A stretch of DNA of 64,000 nucleotides from a bacterium (lineage in GTDB: Bacteria; Joyebacterota; Joyebacteria; Joyebacterales; Joyebacteraceae): positions 2,111-66,110 of the forward strand of contig JALGZD010000211.1 of NCBI GenBank assembly GCA_025782395.1, read 5' to 3'. Made by a program: the position numbers and the translations under genes. Shown piece by piece: positions 22,892 through 32,330 of the stretch. Below the pieces are notes generated by a model. It saw nothing but the letters and a program-made list of their open reading frames with translations, searched no databases and was not told the origin of the DNA. Position 1 is the first letter of the stretch. The number at the start of each line of letters is the position of its first letter.

Positions 22892-24237
22892 TTGGCGTTG
22901 CTCCGGCTTGGAACCGGCACTCTGACAATGAAATCGACGATTCTCGTGATGGGTGCAGCGCGCCACTCGAGACACGTTGAGAACGTAAGGAAGAGCCCTA
23001 TTGCGCCGAAGAACAGGTTCGGTGCCCACATCGCAAGTGCGGGGTCGACATAGCCCCGATCCCCAAGCTGTTCCCCACCCATCAGGAAGAGATAGTACAC
23101 AAGAAAGACCAGGATGCCTATCCCTGCTCCGATACCGATTCCCCCTCGGCGGCTTCTGAGGCCGAGTGGAGCACCAAGGAGAACGAAAACCATGCACGAG
23201 AAGGGTATCGATAGTTTCTTGTGGAACTCAACGTCCAATCGCCTCGCCTTCTTGGAGCTGCCTGCGATGCCTCTGAGTTCCCCTTGCGCTTTGCGCATGA
23301 GCTCTGAGCGCGCATCCCGAAGCTCGCGGTTGGATTGAAACTCGATCTCTCCACGGCTCATCGCCAGCAGGTCGTCCGTGTGTGACGAGAGGAGAGACCG
23401 AAGATCGTCGATCCCCGTGGCGGCTTCAGCCCGGTTGGCATCTCTGCGAGATGCGAGTTCAGCAACGGAGAGTTCCCGGTCGCCTCGTCTGCTACGCTCA
23501 CTTCTGATCAGGGAACTTCCGCCCTGCGCTATGTTTATGACGTGCTTGTCGAATAGCAGGCGATGGAATTTCGTCGGGTCATCAGCATCCGCCTCCAGGA
23601 TTTCGCCGTTCAGGAGTTCCACGCGGAGGACATCATTGGCGCTATCCATGCTCAGCACGCCGCTCTCTGCGACGATTGTCTGAGGCGGTTCGTCAGCGGA
23701 AACGCGGTGTATCTTCACCGAGAACACTTCAGAGGTTTCGGAATCCATGCTATCGATGAAGACGCTGTAGCCGCCGGGCAGTTCGGTCAGGACGCGGGGC
23801 TCGATCGTAGCAAGTGGCTTGATGTGGTGGATGTCGACGAGGAGGCCCTTGAGGCGGTAGTTGGCTGCCGGCAGCAAACGGTCGCCGAATTCAAACAGAC
23901 CAAACGTAATCAAGAGAGCAGCAAACAGCACGGGAAGCATGAGTGAGAAGACATTGACGCCGGACGCCTTGGCGGCCGTTATCTCGTTGTCTCCGGCGAG
24001 TCGGCCGAATGCCGTCAGGACCGCCACCATGACGGCCATCGGCACGGCGAGAAGCGTCATCCACGCGAGACTCAAACCGAAGGCTTCCAATACAAAGAGC
24101 CCCGGTACGCCCTTCGCGATGAAGAGATTGAGGTAATCGACCAGGAAGTCCATCGAGAGGACGAAATAGAAGATAGCAAGTCCAGCAGAAGCAGGGATGA
24201 GATGCTGGCGAAGCACGTAGCGCGCGAGGATACTCAT
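22888..24237 (-). CDS. lptF: LPS export ABC permease LptF
   Basis: MSILARYV, FGRLAGDNEITA.KASG, VEFHKKLSIPF, MWAPN. Confidence 0.9.
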   Translation of the reverse strand: MSILARYVLRQHLIPASAGLAIFYFVLSMDFLVDYLNLFIAKGVPGLFVLEAFGLSLAWMTLLAVPMAVMVAVLTAFGRLAGDNEITAAKASGVNVFSLMLPVLFAALLITFGLFEFGDRLLPAANYRLKGLLVDIHHIKPLATIEPRVLTELPGGYSVFIDSMDSETSEVFSVKIHRVSADEPPQTIVAESGVLSMDSANDVLRVELLNGEILEADADDPTKFHRLLFDKHVINIAQGGSSLIRSERSRRGDRELSVAELASRRDANRAEAATGIDDLRSLLSSHTDDLLAMSRGEIEFQSNRELRDARSELMRKAQGELRGIAGSSKKARRLDVEFHKKLSIPFSCMVFVLLGAPLGLRSRRGGIGIGAGIGILVFLVYYLFLMGGEQLGDRGYVDPALAMWAPNLFFGAIGLFLTFSTCLEWRAAPITRIVDFIVRVPVPSRSNAK

Positions 24238-24331
24238 ACCTTTGCCTGCTCCGGGCCAATCGTGACAAGGATGCAATTCACTAGCTGACTGCGAGAACAA
24301 GATATACTACTATTCCGGAACGGGCCGCAAC

Positions 24332-27300
24332 ATGATTGTGGTCTGTCAAAAGAGAGGAGGGCCGAAGACATGGAGTCCTCCTGTTGGTGGGTACGTGTGT
24401 TCAGCGTGTGTTACATGGAGCAAGATGATACGCGGATCTCTCGGTGTGTTCCGACATACCTCGAAGAATGAAGGGCCTTCCGATCTGTCGGAGCCCGGAT
24501 CATCCGCCGTACGCGTGCCCAGCCGCGGTTGGGCTGTTTCCGCGCGGTTTCTGGTTCTGACGCTCATTCTCCTCGGGGTCTTCACCCAGTTTGAGAGCGT
24601 TGTCCGTGCCGACTCGGGTTCTCCGGAGCGGGAGGACACGGTCGCTGTGGTGCCGGGGGTGCCGCCGGCTGACACGCTTGCTCTCACGCCGGCTGACACG
24701 CTTGCTCTCACGCCGGCTGACACGCTTGCTCTCACGCCGGCTGACACGCTTGCTCTCACGCCGGCTGACACGCTTGCTCCCGCTCCGGCTGACACGCTTG
24801 CTCCCGCTCCGGCTGACACGTTTGTTTCCGCTCTGCCTGAGACACTTGCGCAGGCGCTACGTGACAGCACGGTTCCGCCCGATCCCTTCGCAATAGGCTT
24901 GTCGCTCGAGCCGGAGACCAAGGGCGAGTTCGCCCGTCCCTGGAGCTACAAACCGCGCGTCCCTCTCTTCGAATCAACCGTTGTGGCGGCGGCTCTGCCG
25001 AAGTTCGTGCTGACGGGCGTACCACTAAGGAACACCCTCCACGTCGATCTCGAGACGGGATTGGTCTGGGTCGAGTCGCGAAGCGGTGACGTCCTGGCCT
25101 TCCCGGCCTACGCAGCTCCGCTTGATGAGTTCCAGGGTCAGGTTGGGAAGCGTTCGGTGAAGGCAGCCTGGCTGGCCGCGGTGCACAGGGAGCTTGCCGC
25201 GTCGAGAGAAAGACAGGCGGGCGGTCTCCTGGATATTGACATTCCGATGCCACTCCCTGGGCCTTTCGTCAAGGCGATCGGACCCGGCGCCAATCTTAAG
25301 GTGCGCGGGAGCGAACGGATCACATTCGGAGGACAGACGAGCTATACGGTGGAGGCACTGGAATCGGAATCGGGACCGGCGTCGCGGTGGCCTCAGCTGG
25401 ACATGGAGCAGCAGTTGACCGTCAACCTTGAAGGGACGATCGGGCGCAAGATCCACGTCTACGTCGACCACAGAAGCGGTGGAGATACTTTCGGGGGAGG
25501 GAAGGCAAACCAGATACGGGTTCACTACGACGGCGATGAGGATGAAATACTCCAGAAGATCGAGCTGGGCGAGGTCAACCTGTCGTTGCCCGGAACGGAG
25601 TTCGTGAGCTACAGCGGGCATCACGAAGGGCTCTTCGGAGCGAAGATGACCGCAAGGGTCGGCAAGCTGGATCTCGTCTTGATCGCCAGCAAGGAGGAAG
25701 GCGAGTCTGCTGGAGCGGGTTTCACAGGGAGTTCGGAATCCGATTCCCTCCATATCGATGACATCTCATACAAGGCCAGGAGCTTCTTCGCTGTGGATGG
25801 TGACGTCCTCAAGTACTCCAACAGCGAGTTCTCTATTCAGGAGATTCACGTCTACGTGGATGACCGGAATGGCTCGAACAACATCGAGACGGGTGCCGCG
25901 CCCGGCCGCACATATCTGGACGATCCCGTCGACGGATTGCCTCCTTCGGGCGGCCCGAGCCAGCGCGGGGACTTCGACGAGCTGATTGAGCTTGAAGACT
26001 ATCTCTTCGATTACCAGAGCGGTGTTATTGAGTTTGTGAGACCCGTTTCGACAACTGGGGTGCTTGCCGTGAGCTACGTTCGCTTCGACGGCTATACAGT
26101 TGGGGGTGTGGACGGCGACAGTCTCCGACTGAAAATGCTCAAGAGAGAGGAACGCGTGGGTGGCACGGATTGGGAGCCGATCCAACGCTACGAGCTGAAG
26201 CACATCTATGATCTTGGAGCCGACACCATCCCCGAAGAGGGTTTTGAGCTTACCATCAAGAAGCGAGCATCATCAGGAGAGGACCCTGAATCGGAGAACG
26301 GTGTGCCGTTCATCGAGATCCTGGGACTCGACACGCATGGCCTGGGCGCAGATGCTGATCCTGACGGTGTGGTCGATCTGGAGTGGATAGATTTCGAGAA
26401 GGGTTACCTGGTCTTCCCGCATCTCACGCCGTTCTGTCCGGACTACGACACGACGGCTTTCTACTATCCGGAAGGCGGAGGCCCCGACGCTATCTATGTG
26501 GCGGACGAGCTGGAAGAAAAGAACTGCAGCGTCTATTCGAAGGAGAGTTTCAGCGCTGACGATGACATCTACTACATCGAAGTGTCCTACAACCGTCCGC
26601 AGACGACGTTCTATCTCGGACACATCAATATCATCGAGAACAGCGAGGTTGTTCGACTCAACGGCGTCCGGCTCACGCGCGGCATTGACTATACGATCTA
26701 CTATCCGGCAGGTCAGTTGACACTCCTTACGGAGGAAGCGAAGGAGCTGGACGCCAAGATAGCAGTGGACTACGACTACAAGCCGTTCGGCATCGGCGGA
26801 GAGAAGACCCTGCTGGGGACGCGTGCTGTCTACAACTGGCAGCAGAACATCAGCGTCGGCTCGACTTGGATGTACCAGAGCAAGGGGACGCCGGACGATC
26901 AGCCGAGACTGGGTGAGGAACCGTCCCGCACGGTGGTGGGCGATGTCAACCTCAGCGCGGAGTTCAGGCCCGAGCTCATGACCAGGATCGCGGACGCGGT
27001 CCCGTTCATCGACACGGATACGGAATCCTCGCTCAAGATCGCAGCAGAGGTCGCGGTCTCGATTCCGGAACCCAACACGAAAGGGTTCGTTGCCATCGAC
27101 GACATGGAAGGAACCGAGAATGTGAGCCGGCTGGGTGTGACCAGGCGTCTGTGGGTTCCCTCAAGTGTTCCCGTTGAGCCGATGGGAATTTCTGCGGCGG
27201 ACCGGGTGAACGTCGACTGGTTCAACCCGGACCGGAAGGTACGTGAAGGCGATCTTCATCCGGACCTCCCGTCCCAGGAGGCCAACGACACGCACACGGT

Positions 27301-30300
27301 GCTTGAGATCGACCACGACACGACAGGATCGTCGTCCTGGGCCGGTCTGATGCGGCTTCTGGCGAAGACCGGCAATGACTACTCGAAGTACGAATTCCTC
27401 GAGGTCTGGATTCACGACAACGGTGATCGACAAGGCACGGTGCACATAGATCTGGGTACGATCAGCGAGGATTATTACCCGCTCACGGACCCGAACGGGG
27501 AATTGGACAGTGAGGATGAGGATCAGAATGGGTTCGACTACTACGAAGACACCGGTCTGGATCTCGTCGCCGGCGACGATGAGGATTCGATTCCGGGCGA
27601 CGACGAAGACGATGACTACTCGTTTACCTATGGGTCGGACGACTACACAAGGATCAATGGGACGGAGAACAACGAACGGCTTGACACCGAGGACCTGAAC
27701 GGAAACTGGTACCTCGACACGGACAGCAAGTACTGGGAACTCGCCATCGGCCTATCCGACAGCACCTATCTTGTGCAGGATAACAGCCTCATCGAGAGCG
27801 GGAATCACTGGCGTCTCTACCGCATCCCGCTCAGAAAAGCGGTCTCCGTCAACGGCATGACGGATTGGACTGTGGTCAAGTCAGCCAGAGTGTGGCTCGA
27901 GGGGCTGCTGATCGGGGGCGACCCGTTGATGATCGGCGGCATGGACATAGTGGGAAGCCAATGGGAACCGGGGCGGATCCGCGATGCGGCAGGGGCCGTG
28001 ATCCCGGAGGACGAGCTGGAACTTTTCGGTGAGACATTCGGTGTGACTTCCAAGAACACAAAGGAGGACTTGGACTACGAGCCCCCGTACGATCCGGGGA
28101 CCGACGAAGACACGAATATCCCGAAGCGGGAGCAGTCACTCGTACTTCTCTTCGATGAGCTTGGGAGTGAGCATACGGCTGCCGCTCGGAAGGTCTTCTA
28201 CGCGGACCAGGACTACACCGGCTACCAGTCCCTGGAGCTCTACGTCCACGGAGCCAGTGATGTAGAAGATGGCACGCAGTTCTTTGTTCGTCTGGGTGCC
28301 GACTCGCTCAACTACTACGAGTACCGCTTCGACGTGCGGCCAGGGTGGCGACAGAGGACGGGCAGTGAGACGAACAGACTCGAGATTCCGTTTGTGCTCT
28401 TCACCGATCTCAAACTAGAGGGGCTTGCAGAGGCCGACACGGTCTCAGTCGTGGGAAGCACGAGCGGGATCGATGGAGAGACTATCACCAGGGTCGGTTG
28501 GCCATCACTCTCGAGAGTGAAGCGGATCACGATCGGTGTTCGAAACGGGAATGAAGACTCCATATCGAGCCGGATATCAGGAGAAATATGGCTGGACGAT
28601 ATGCGCCTGAGCGATGTCCGGAAGGAGATAGGCCTTGCGCAGAGGCTCACAATAGGGGCGGATTTCGCGGACCTGCTGGGCGTGGATTTCGACCTCAGGC
28701 ACGTCGACGGCGAGTTCCATTCTCTGAAACGGATCCACGGCTCGGGCCAGGACAACCTGACCTACAATGTGAATACCACACTCAGCGCTGGAAGATTCAT
28801 AAGCGCGCTCGGCGTTTCTGCTCCAGTGAACGCGTCGATGAAGAGGTCCGTGACGCGACCCAAGTTCTCGACCGGTTCAGACATTGTGCTGTCCGATGAA
28901 CAAAGCGATGCCGAGCAGACGACGGTTCTTGACAGAAGCGTGAGCATGTCTCTTTCACGGAAGCGACAGTCGCCCGATTTCTGGACGCACCTGCTCGTTG
29001 ATGGTCTTTCGCTCAGAGGTTCTGTGGCGTCCCACGAGAAGCTGGCACCGACGCGAGCGGACACCTCTACAACGATGCGCGGGCGGGTATCGTATAAGTA
29101 CGCGCCACAGAAGGCGGGAATCCGCCTCTTCGGGGAGACGAAGGTTTTCCTCAAGCCGACCAGCATTCGCTTCAATGCGGACACGCACCTGATCCACAGC
29201 GAGAGCTACGATATCGCATCCGACGCCGTGAAGACGAAGAGAAGTGAAACCTTCGACAAGAAGCTGAACGGTGACGTCAACGTGGATTTCCAATTCCTGG
29301 AGAATCTGAGGACATCCCACACGGTAGCGGTCAGACGTGATCTGGCCGACGACAACCGGCCGTGGGCAGGACTCAATATCGGGTACGAGACCGAACGCCG
29401 GTACGCCAACAGCATGAGCTTCAACCCGAAATTCGGCAAGTGGCTGTCACCACAGTACAGTTTTTCGTCGAGCTACACAGACAATCACGGTCCGGAAGTC
29501 AGGAGGACCGGAGACCCGCCGGGCGTGCGGAATATCAGAGCCCAGAGCAATCACCAGGTGAGGATAACCTTCGATCTCAAGAAGCTGGTCGGGTCGGGAT
29601 CTCCTGCCGCAGGAAAAAGACCTCCGCCGCGCAGGGAACCTACCGATGGAGAAAAGGGTGAGGAGGGGAGTGAAGGAGGGAAGGAACCTGAGGCAAGCAG
29701 TGAGGGGCCCGGATTCGGGGTGCTCCTGGACCCTGTCCTCGTGTTCATCAGGAGTATGGACGCGATTGACGGCCGGTACTCGATGAAGCGAAGTTCCCGA
29801 TTCGACAGGGTTGCCTGGGACGAAGTTCCTGGTTGGACTTACAGGCTGGGACTGGTCGAGGCGGAATCGGCAGATGATCGAACCGAGGAGCGAACGATCG
29901 ATCTGGGGACCGGGGTCAAGCTGACGAACCAGATTCGTCTCAAGGGGAACTACAAGCGAACCACAAGCGGCAGATGGTACAAGAACGCTATCTCAGATTC
30001 TCAGTTCCTGCTCACGAGAACGGAATCAATGAACGAGATTACGAAAGGATCTCTTTCGTGGTCCGGTCTCGAGAGGGTCGGTCCACTCTCAGACATCTGC
30101 AAGTCTGTGCGGGCTCGAAGTGGCCTTGAATACAGGCGGTCCTACTCCGGACCGTTTGGTGAGCCCTCTACCAGAGGGAACTTGCTCTCACTCAACCCTG
30201 TGTTTTCGGTGGACACGTCCTTCAAGAACGGTGTGACCGGGAGTTTCTCCTGGGACAAGAAGAGAGTCCGCACCTTCAGTCTCGGTGGAGTCGGTTCGGT

Positions 30301-30658
30301 TACGGAGGACCTTACGAGTTCAACGAGTTTCACCGTCAAGTACAGGTTTTCGGCGCCCCAGGGCCTCAAACTGCCTTTCTTCGGTCAGAAGCTCAGGTTC
30401 ACAAGCAACCTCGACACGTCGCTGACCGTGCGGACTTCTTCGAAGGATTCGCGGACCGCGCAGGACGAAGGGATTCTGGCGAACGTGGATGCGACATCTT
30501 CAAGCAGGGATTTCTCCGTGATCGGTGATGCCACGTACAGCTTCTCACGGAGCATCTCCGGTGGATTGCAGATGAGCTTCTCGCAGAGCAAGGATCTGAA
30601 GAGGGATCAGACACGCAGGACCATAGGTGTTCACATCAGCGCGGAGTTCAAGTTTTGA
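24332..30658 (+). CDS. sprA: SprA/Sov-family large outer-membrane protein (type IX secretion translocon-like); true start probably downstream, near 24450-24520
   Basis: About 2100 aa; V...GTIG.K..V, YDG.ED.I.Q.IE.G.V.L.LP, GLFG.K, IIENSE.V..NG..L..G.DY, IDDME, DTEDLN, EQSL, W..DMRL; signal-like segment ending VVRA; C-terminal Phe. Confidence 0.85.
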   Translation: MIVVCQKRGGPKTWSPPVGGYVCSACVTWSKMIRGSLGVFRHTSKNEGPSDLSEPGSSAVRVPSRGWAVSARFLVLTLILLGVFTQFESVVRADSGSPEREDTVAVVPGVPPADTLALTPADTLALTPADTLALTPADTLALTPADTLAPAPADTLAPAPADTFVSALPETLAQALRDSTVPPDPFAIGLSLEPETKGEFARPWSYKPRVPLFESTVVAAALPKFVLTGVPLRNTLHVDLETGLVWVESRSGDVLAFPAYAAPLDEFQGQVGKRSVKAAWLAAVHRELAASRERQAGGLLDIDIPMPLPGPFVKAIGPGANLKVRGSERITFGGQTSYTVEALESESGPASRWPQLDMEQQLTVNLEGTIGRKIHVYVDHRSGGDTFGGGKANQIRVHYDGDEDEILQKIELGEVNLSLPGTEFVSYSGHHEGLFGAKMTARVGKLDLVLIASKEEGESAGAGFTGSSESDSLHIDDISYKARSFFAVDGDVLKYSNSEFSIQEIHVYVDDRNGSNNIETGAAPGRTYLDDPVDGLPPSGGPSQRGDFDELIELEDYLFDYQSGVIEFVRPVSTTGVLAVSYVRFDGYTVGGVDGDSLRLKMLKREERVGGTDWEPIQRYELKHIYDLGADTIPEEGFELTIKKRASSGEDPESENGVPFIEILGLDTHGLGADADPDGVVDLEWIDFEKGYLVFPHLTPFCPDYDTTAFYYPEGGGPDAIYVADELEEKNCSVYSKESFSADDDIYYIEVSYNRPQTTFYLGHINIIENSEVVRLNGVRLTRGIDYTIYYPAGQLTLLTEEAKELDAKIAVDYDYKPFGIGGEKTLLGTRAVYNWQQNISVGSTWMYQSKGTPDDQPRLGEEPSRTVVGDVNLSAEFRPELMTRIADAVPFIDTDTESSLKIAAEVAVSIPEPNTKGFVAIDDMEGTENVSRLGVTRRLWVPSSVPVEPMGISAADRVNVDWFNPDRKVREGDLHPDLPSQEANDTHTVLEIDHDTTGSSSWAGLMRLLAKTGNDYSKYEFLEVWIHDNGDRQGTVHIDLGTISEDYYPLTDPNGELDSEDEDQNGFDYYEDTGLDLVAGDDEDSIPGDDEDDDYSFTYGSDDYTRINGTENNERLDTEDLNGNWYLDTDSKYWELAIGLSDSTYLVQDNSLIESGNHWRLYRIPLRKAVSVNGMTDWTVVKSARVWLEGLLIGGDPLMIGGMDIVGSQWEPGRIRDAAGAVIPEDELELFGETFGVTSKNTKEDLDYEPPYDPGTDEDTNIPKREQSLVLLFDELGSEHTAAARKVFYADQDYTGYQSLELYVHGASDVEDGTQFFVRLGADSLNYYEYRFDVRPGWRQRTGSETNRLEIPFVLFTDLKLEGLAEADTVSVVGSTSGIDGETITRVGWPSLSRVKRITIGVRNGNEDSISSRISGEIWLDDMRLSDVRKEIGLAQRLTIGADFADLLGVDFDLRHVDGEFHSLKRIHGSGQDNLTYNVNTTLSAGRFISALGVSAPVNASMKRSVTRPKFSTGSDIVLSDEQSDAEQTTVLDRSVSMSLSRKRQSPDFWTHLLVDGLSLRGSVASHEKLAPTRADTSTTMRGRVSYKYAPQKAGIRLFGETKVFLKPTSIRFNADTHLIHSESYDIASDAVKTKRSETFDKKLNGDVNVDFQFLENLRTSHTVAVRRDLADDNRPWAGLNIGYETERRYANSMSFNPKFGKWLSPQYSFSSSYTDNHGPEVRRTGDPPGVRNIRAQSNHQVRITFDLKKLVGSGSPAAGKRPPPRREPTDGEKGEEGSEGGKEPEASSEGPGFGVLLDPVLVFIRSMDAIDGRYSMKRSSRFDRVAWDEVPGWTYRLGLVEAESADDRTEERTIDLGTGVKLTNQIRLKGNYKRTTSGRWYKNAISDSQFLLTRTESMNEITKGSLSWSGLERVGPLSDICKSVRARSGLEYRRSYSGPFGEPSTRGNLLSLNPVFSVDTSFKNGVTGSFSWDKKRVRTFSLGGVGSVTEDLTSSTSFTVKYRFSAPQGLKLPFFGQKLRFTSNLDTSLTVRTSSKDSRTAQDEGILANVDATSSSRDFSVIGDATYSFSRSISGGLQMSFSQSKDLKRDQTRRTIGVHISAEFKF
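24665..24820 (+). repeat. 24-bp in-frame tandem repeat encoding (PADTLALT)x4 (PADTLAPA)x2 PADT
   Basis: CCGGCTGACACGCTTGCTCTCACG units from 24665. Confidence 0.95.
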
Positions 30659-31563
30659 CGAGGTCAACCGGACGGTCCAAGCAAAGGGTGCTGGGAGGGT
30701 TGCTGCTGAGCGTCGTTGGTCTGGCGACACTTACGGGATGCGGGCGCGTCGAGTTTGACGGTGAGGCAGCACACGGTCTCATCGAGGAGCAGTGTAGCCT
30801 GGGACCGCGATTCCCGGGTAGCCCCGGTCACGCCGGAATGCGTGACTGGCTCGTCGCTGAAGTGAGCCGCCACACGGACACAGTGTCGGTGCAGAGGTTC
30901 GAGGTTGGTGGATCGATGGGGGTGATCGAACTCACAAACGTGATTGCGTCGTTCAGGGTTTCTGAACGGCGGCGTGTGCTTCTGGGCGCCCACTGGGACA
31001 CACGCGCAGTGGCAGAGCATGACCCGGATCCGGCCAATCGGGAAACCCCGATCCTCGGGGCAAACGACGGGGCGTCCGGCGTGGCAGTACTCCTGGAGCT
31101 CGCGAGATTGATGTCCGAGCGGGAGCCGTCGGTCGGAGTCGATCTGGTCTTCTTCGATGGTGAGGATGGAGGAGACGAGGGAGGTCTGGGGGAGTGGTGC
31201 ATCGGATCAACTTACTATGCTGCACACCTTGGGGATTACTGTCCGGAATACGCAGTGGTCATCGACATGATCGGTGACTGTGACCTTTCCATTCCAATAG
31301 AACCCAATTCCTGGGCGGCGTGCCCGCTGGAGGTCGATCGCGTCTGGGCCGCCGCTGAGAGAGCGGAGGCGGGGAGCTTCACCAGATCACCTGGAACGGC
31401 CCTCTATGACGATCATGCGCCGCTCATCCGGGCCGGGATCCCATCGGTGCTTGTGATCGATTTCGACTACCCGTACTGGCACACCCTGGAAGATACCCCC
31501 GACAAGTGCTGTCCGGAAAGCCTTGCCGAGATCGGACGCATGCTTGTCGAGCTGATCTACTAG
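30655..31563 (+). CDS. M28-family zinc lipoprotein, glutaminyl-cyclase-like
   Basis: Lipobox LTGC; AHWDTR, GANDGASG, FFDGED, DMIGD, DDH.P, YWHT. Confidence 0.85.
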   Translation: MTRSTGRSKQRVLGGLLLSVVGLATLTGCGRVEFDGEAAHGLIEEQCSLGPRFPGSPGHAGMRDWLVAEVSRHTDTVSVQRFEVGGSMGVIELTNVIASFRVSERRRVLLGAHWDTRAVAEHDPDPANRETPILGANDGASGVAVLLELARLMSEREPSVGVDLVFFDGEDGGDEGGLGEWCIGSTYYAAHLGDYCPEYAVVIDMIGDCDLSIPIEPNSWAACPLEVDRVWAAAERAEAGSFTRSPGTALYDDHAPLIRAGIPSVLVIDFDYPYWHTLEDTPDKCCPESLAEIGRMLVELIY

Positions 31564-31719
31564 GAGACGAAGGAAAACCGCCACGCCGTGTGGCCACCAC
31601 CAGGGGCAGCTTCCAACGCAGGTGTGGGGTACTACAGGTCTATGCTTCACAGGAGTTCTTGCCGCTGTGTCGAAGTTTTTCCTTGCGCCTGTAGTCAGCT
31701 CGTGCTATTTCTTGTATCG

Positions 31720-31741
31720 AAGTGGGCACGCGGCCCACTTT
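31720..31741 (+). promoter_or_regulatory. rimP-nusA leader hairpin
   Basis: AAGTGGGC-ACGCG-GCCCACTT-T; resembles the hairpin commonly found upstream of rimP. Confidence 0.65.
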
Positions 31742-31772
31742 CTGAGTGTTTGGGCGACGCAACGAGGCAGCA

Positions 31773-32231
31773 ATGCAGAGGATCGAAGACGGACTCTACG
31801 AACTCACATCGGAGTTCGTGTCGGACATGGGCTTCAAGCTTGTGGACGTGCGTGAGGTAAGAGAATACGGCCGCAGGGTGTTCAAGTTTTGCATCGATAG
31901 TGCTCGAGGCATATCGCTTGCCGATTGTGAGTCAGTGAGCCGCGAACTGGCCTACTTCCTGGATGCCGAGGGCGAGATCGAGGGAGCGTACCTGCTTGAG
32001 GTGACCTCTCCCGGACTCGACCGTGATCTGGTGAAGGAACGCGAATACGAACATTTCGCCGGGCAGAGGGTCCGGCTCGTACTGCGAGGCGGAGGCGCTG
32101 ACGGAATCATGGCGGGTACAATCGTGAGTGCGCAGCGGGGAATCCTGACGTTCAGGCCCGACGGCGCTGAGGAAGTGGAGATACCGCTGGCGAGCATCGC
32201 CCGGGCGCGTCTCGAGACTGAGGTTCTCTAG
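31773..32231 (+). CDS. rimP: Ribosome maturation factor RimP
   Basis: GISL.DCE.VSR, Y.LEVTSPGLDR.L, I..ARL; upstream of nusA. Confidence 0.95.
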   Translation: MQRIEDGLYELTSEFVSDMGFKLVDVREVREYGRRVFKFCIDSARGISLADCESVSRELAYFLDAEGEIEGAYLLEVTSPGLDRDLVKEREYEHFAGQRVRLVLRGGGADGIMAGTIVSAQRGILTFRPDGAEEVEIPLASIARARLETEVL

Positions 32232-32330
32232 GAACCACGACAGCTTCGGAAAACACTCGCAGGGAATTGGGAAGAGAATCAAGGGGTGAGCGACCGACGC
32301 CCCGACCTGCGTAGCAGGGGGAGACACCAC

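Noticed and set aside
24665-24820. Possible CRISPR array or non-coding repeat
   Set aside because: In-frame 24-bp coding repeat inside sprA with no spacers
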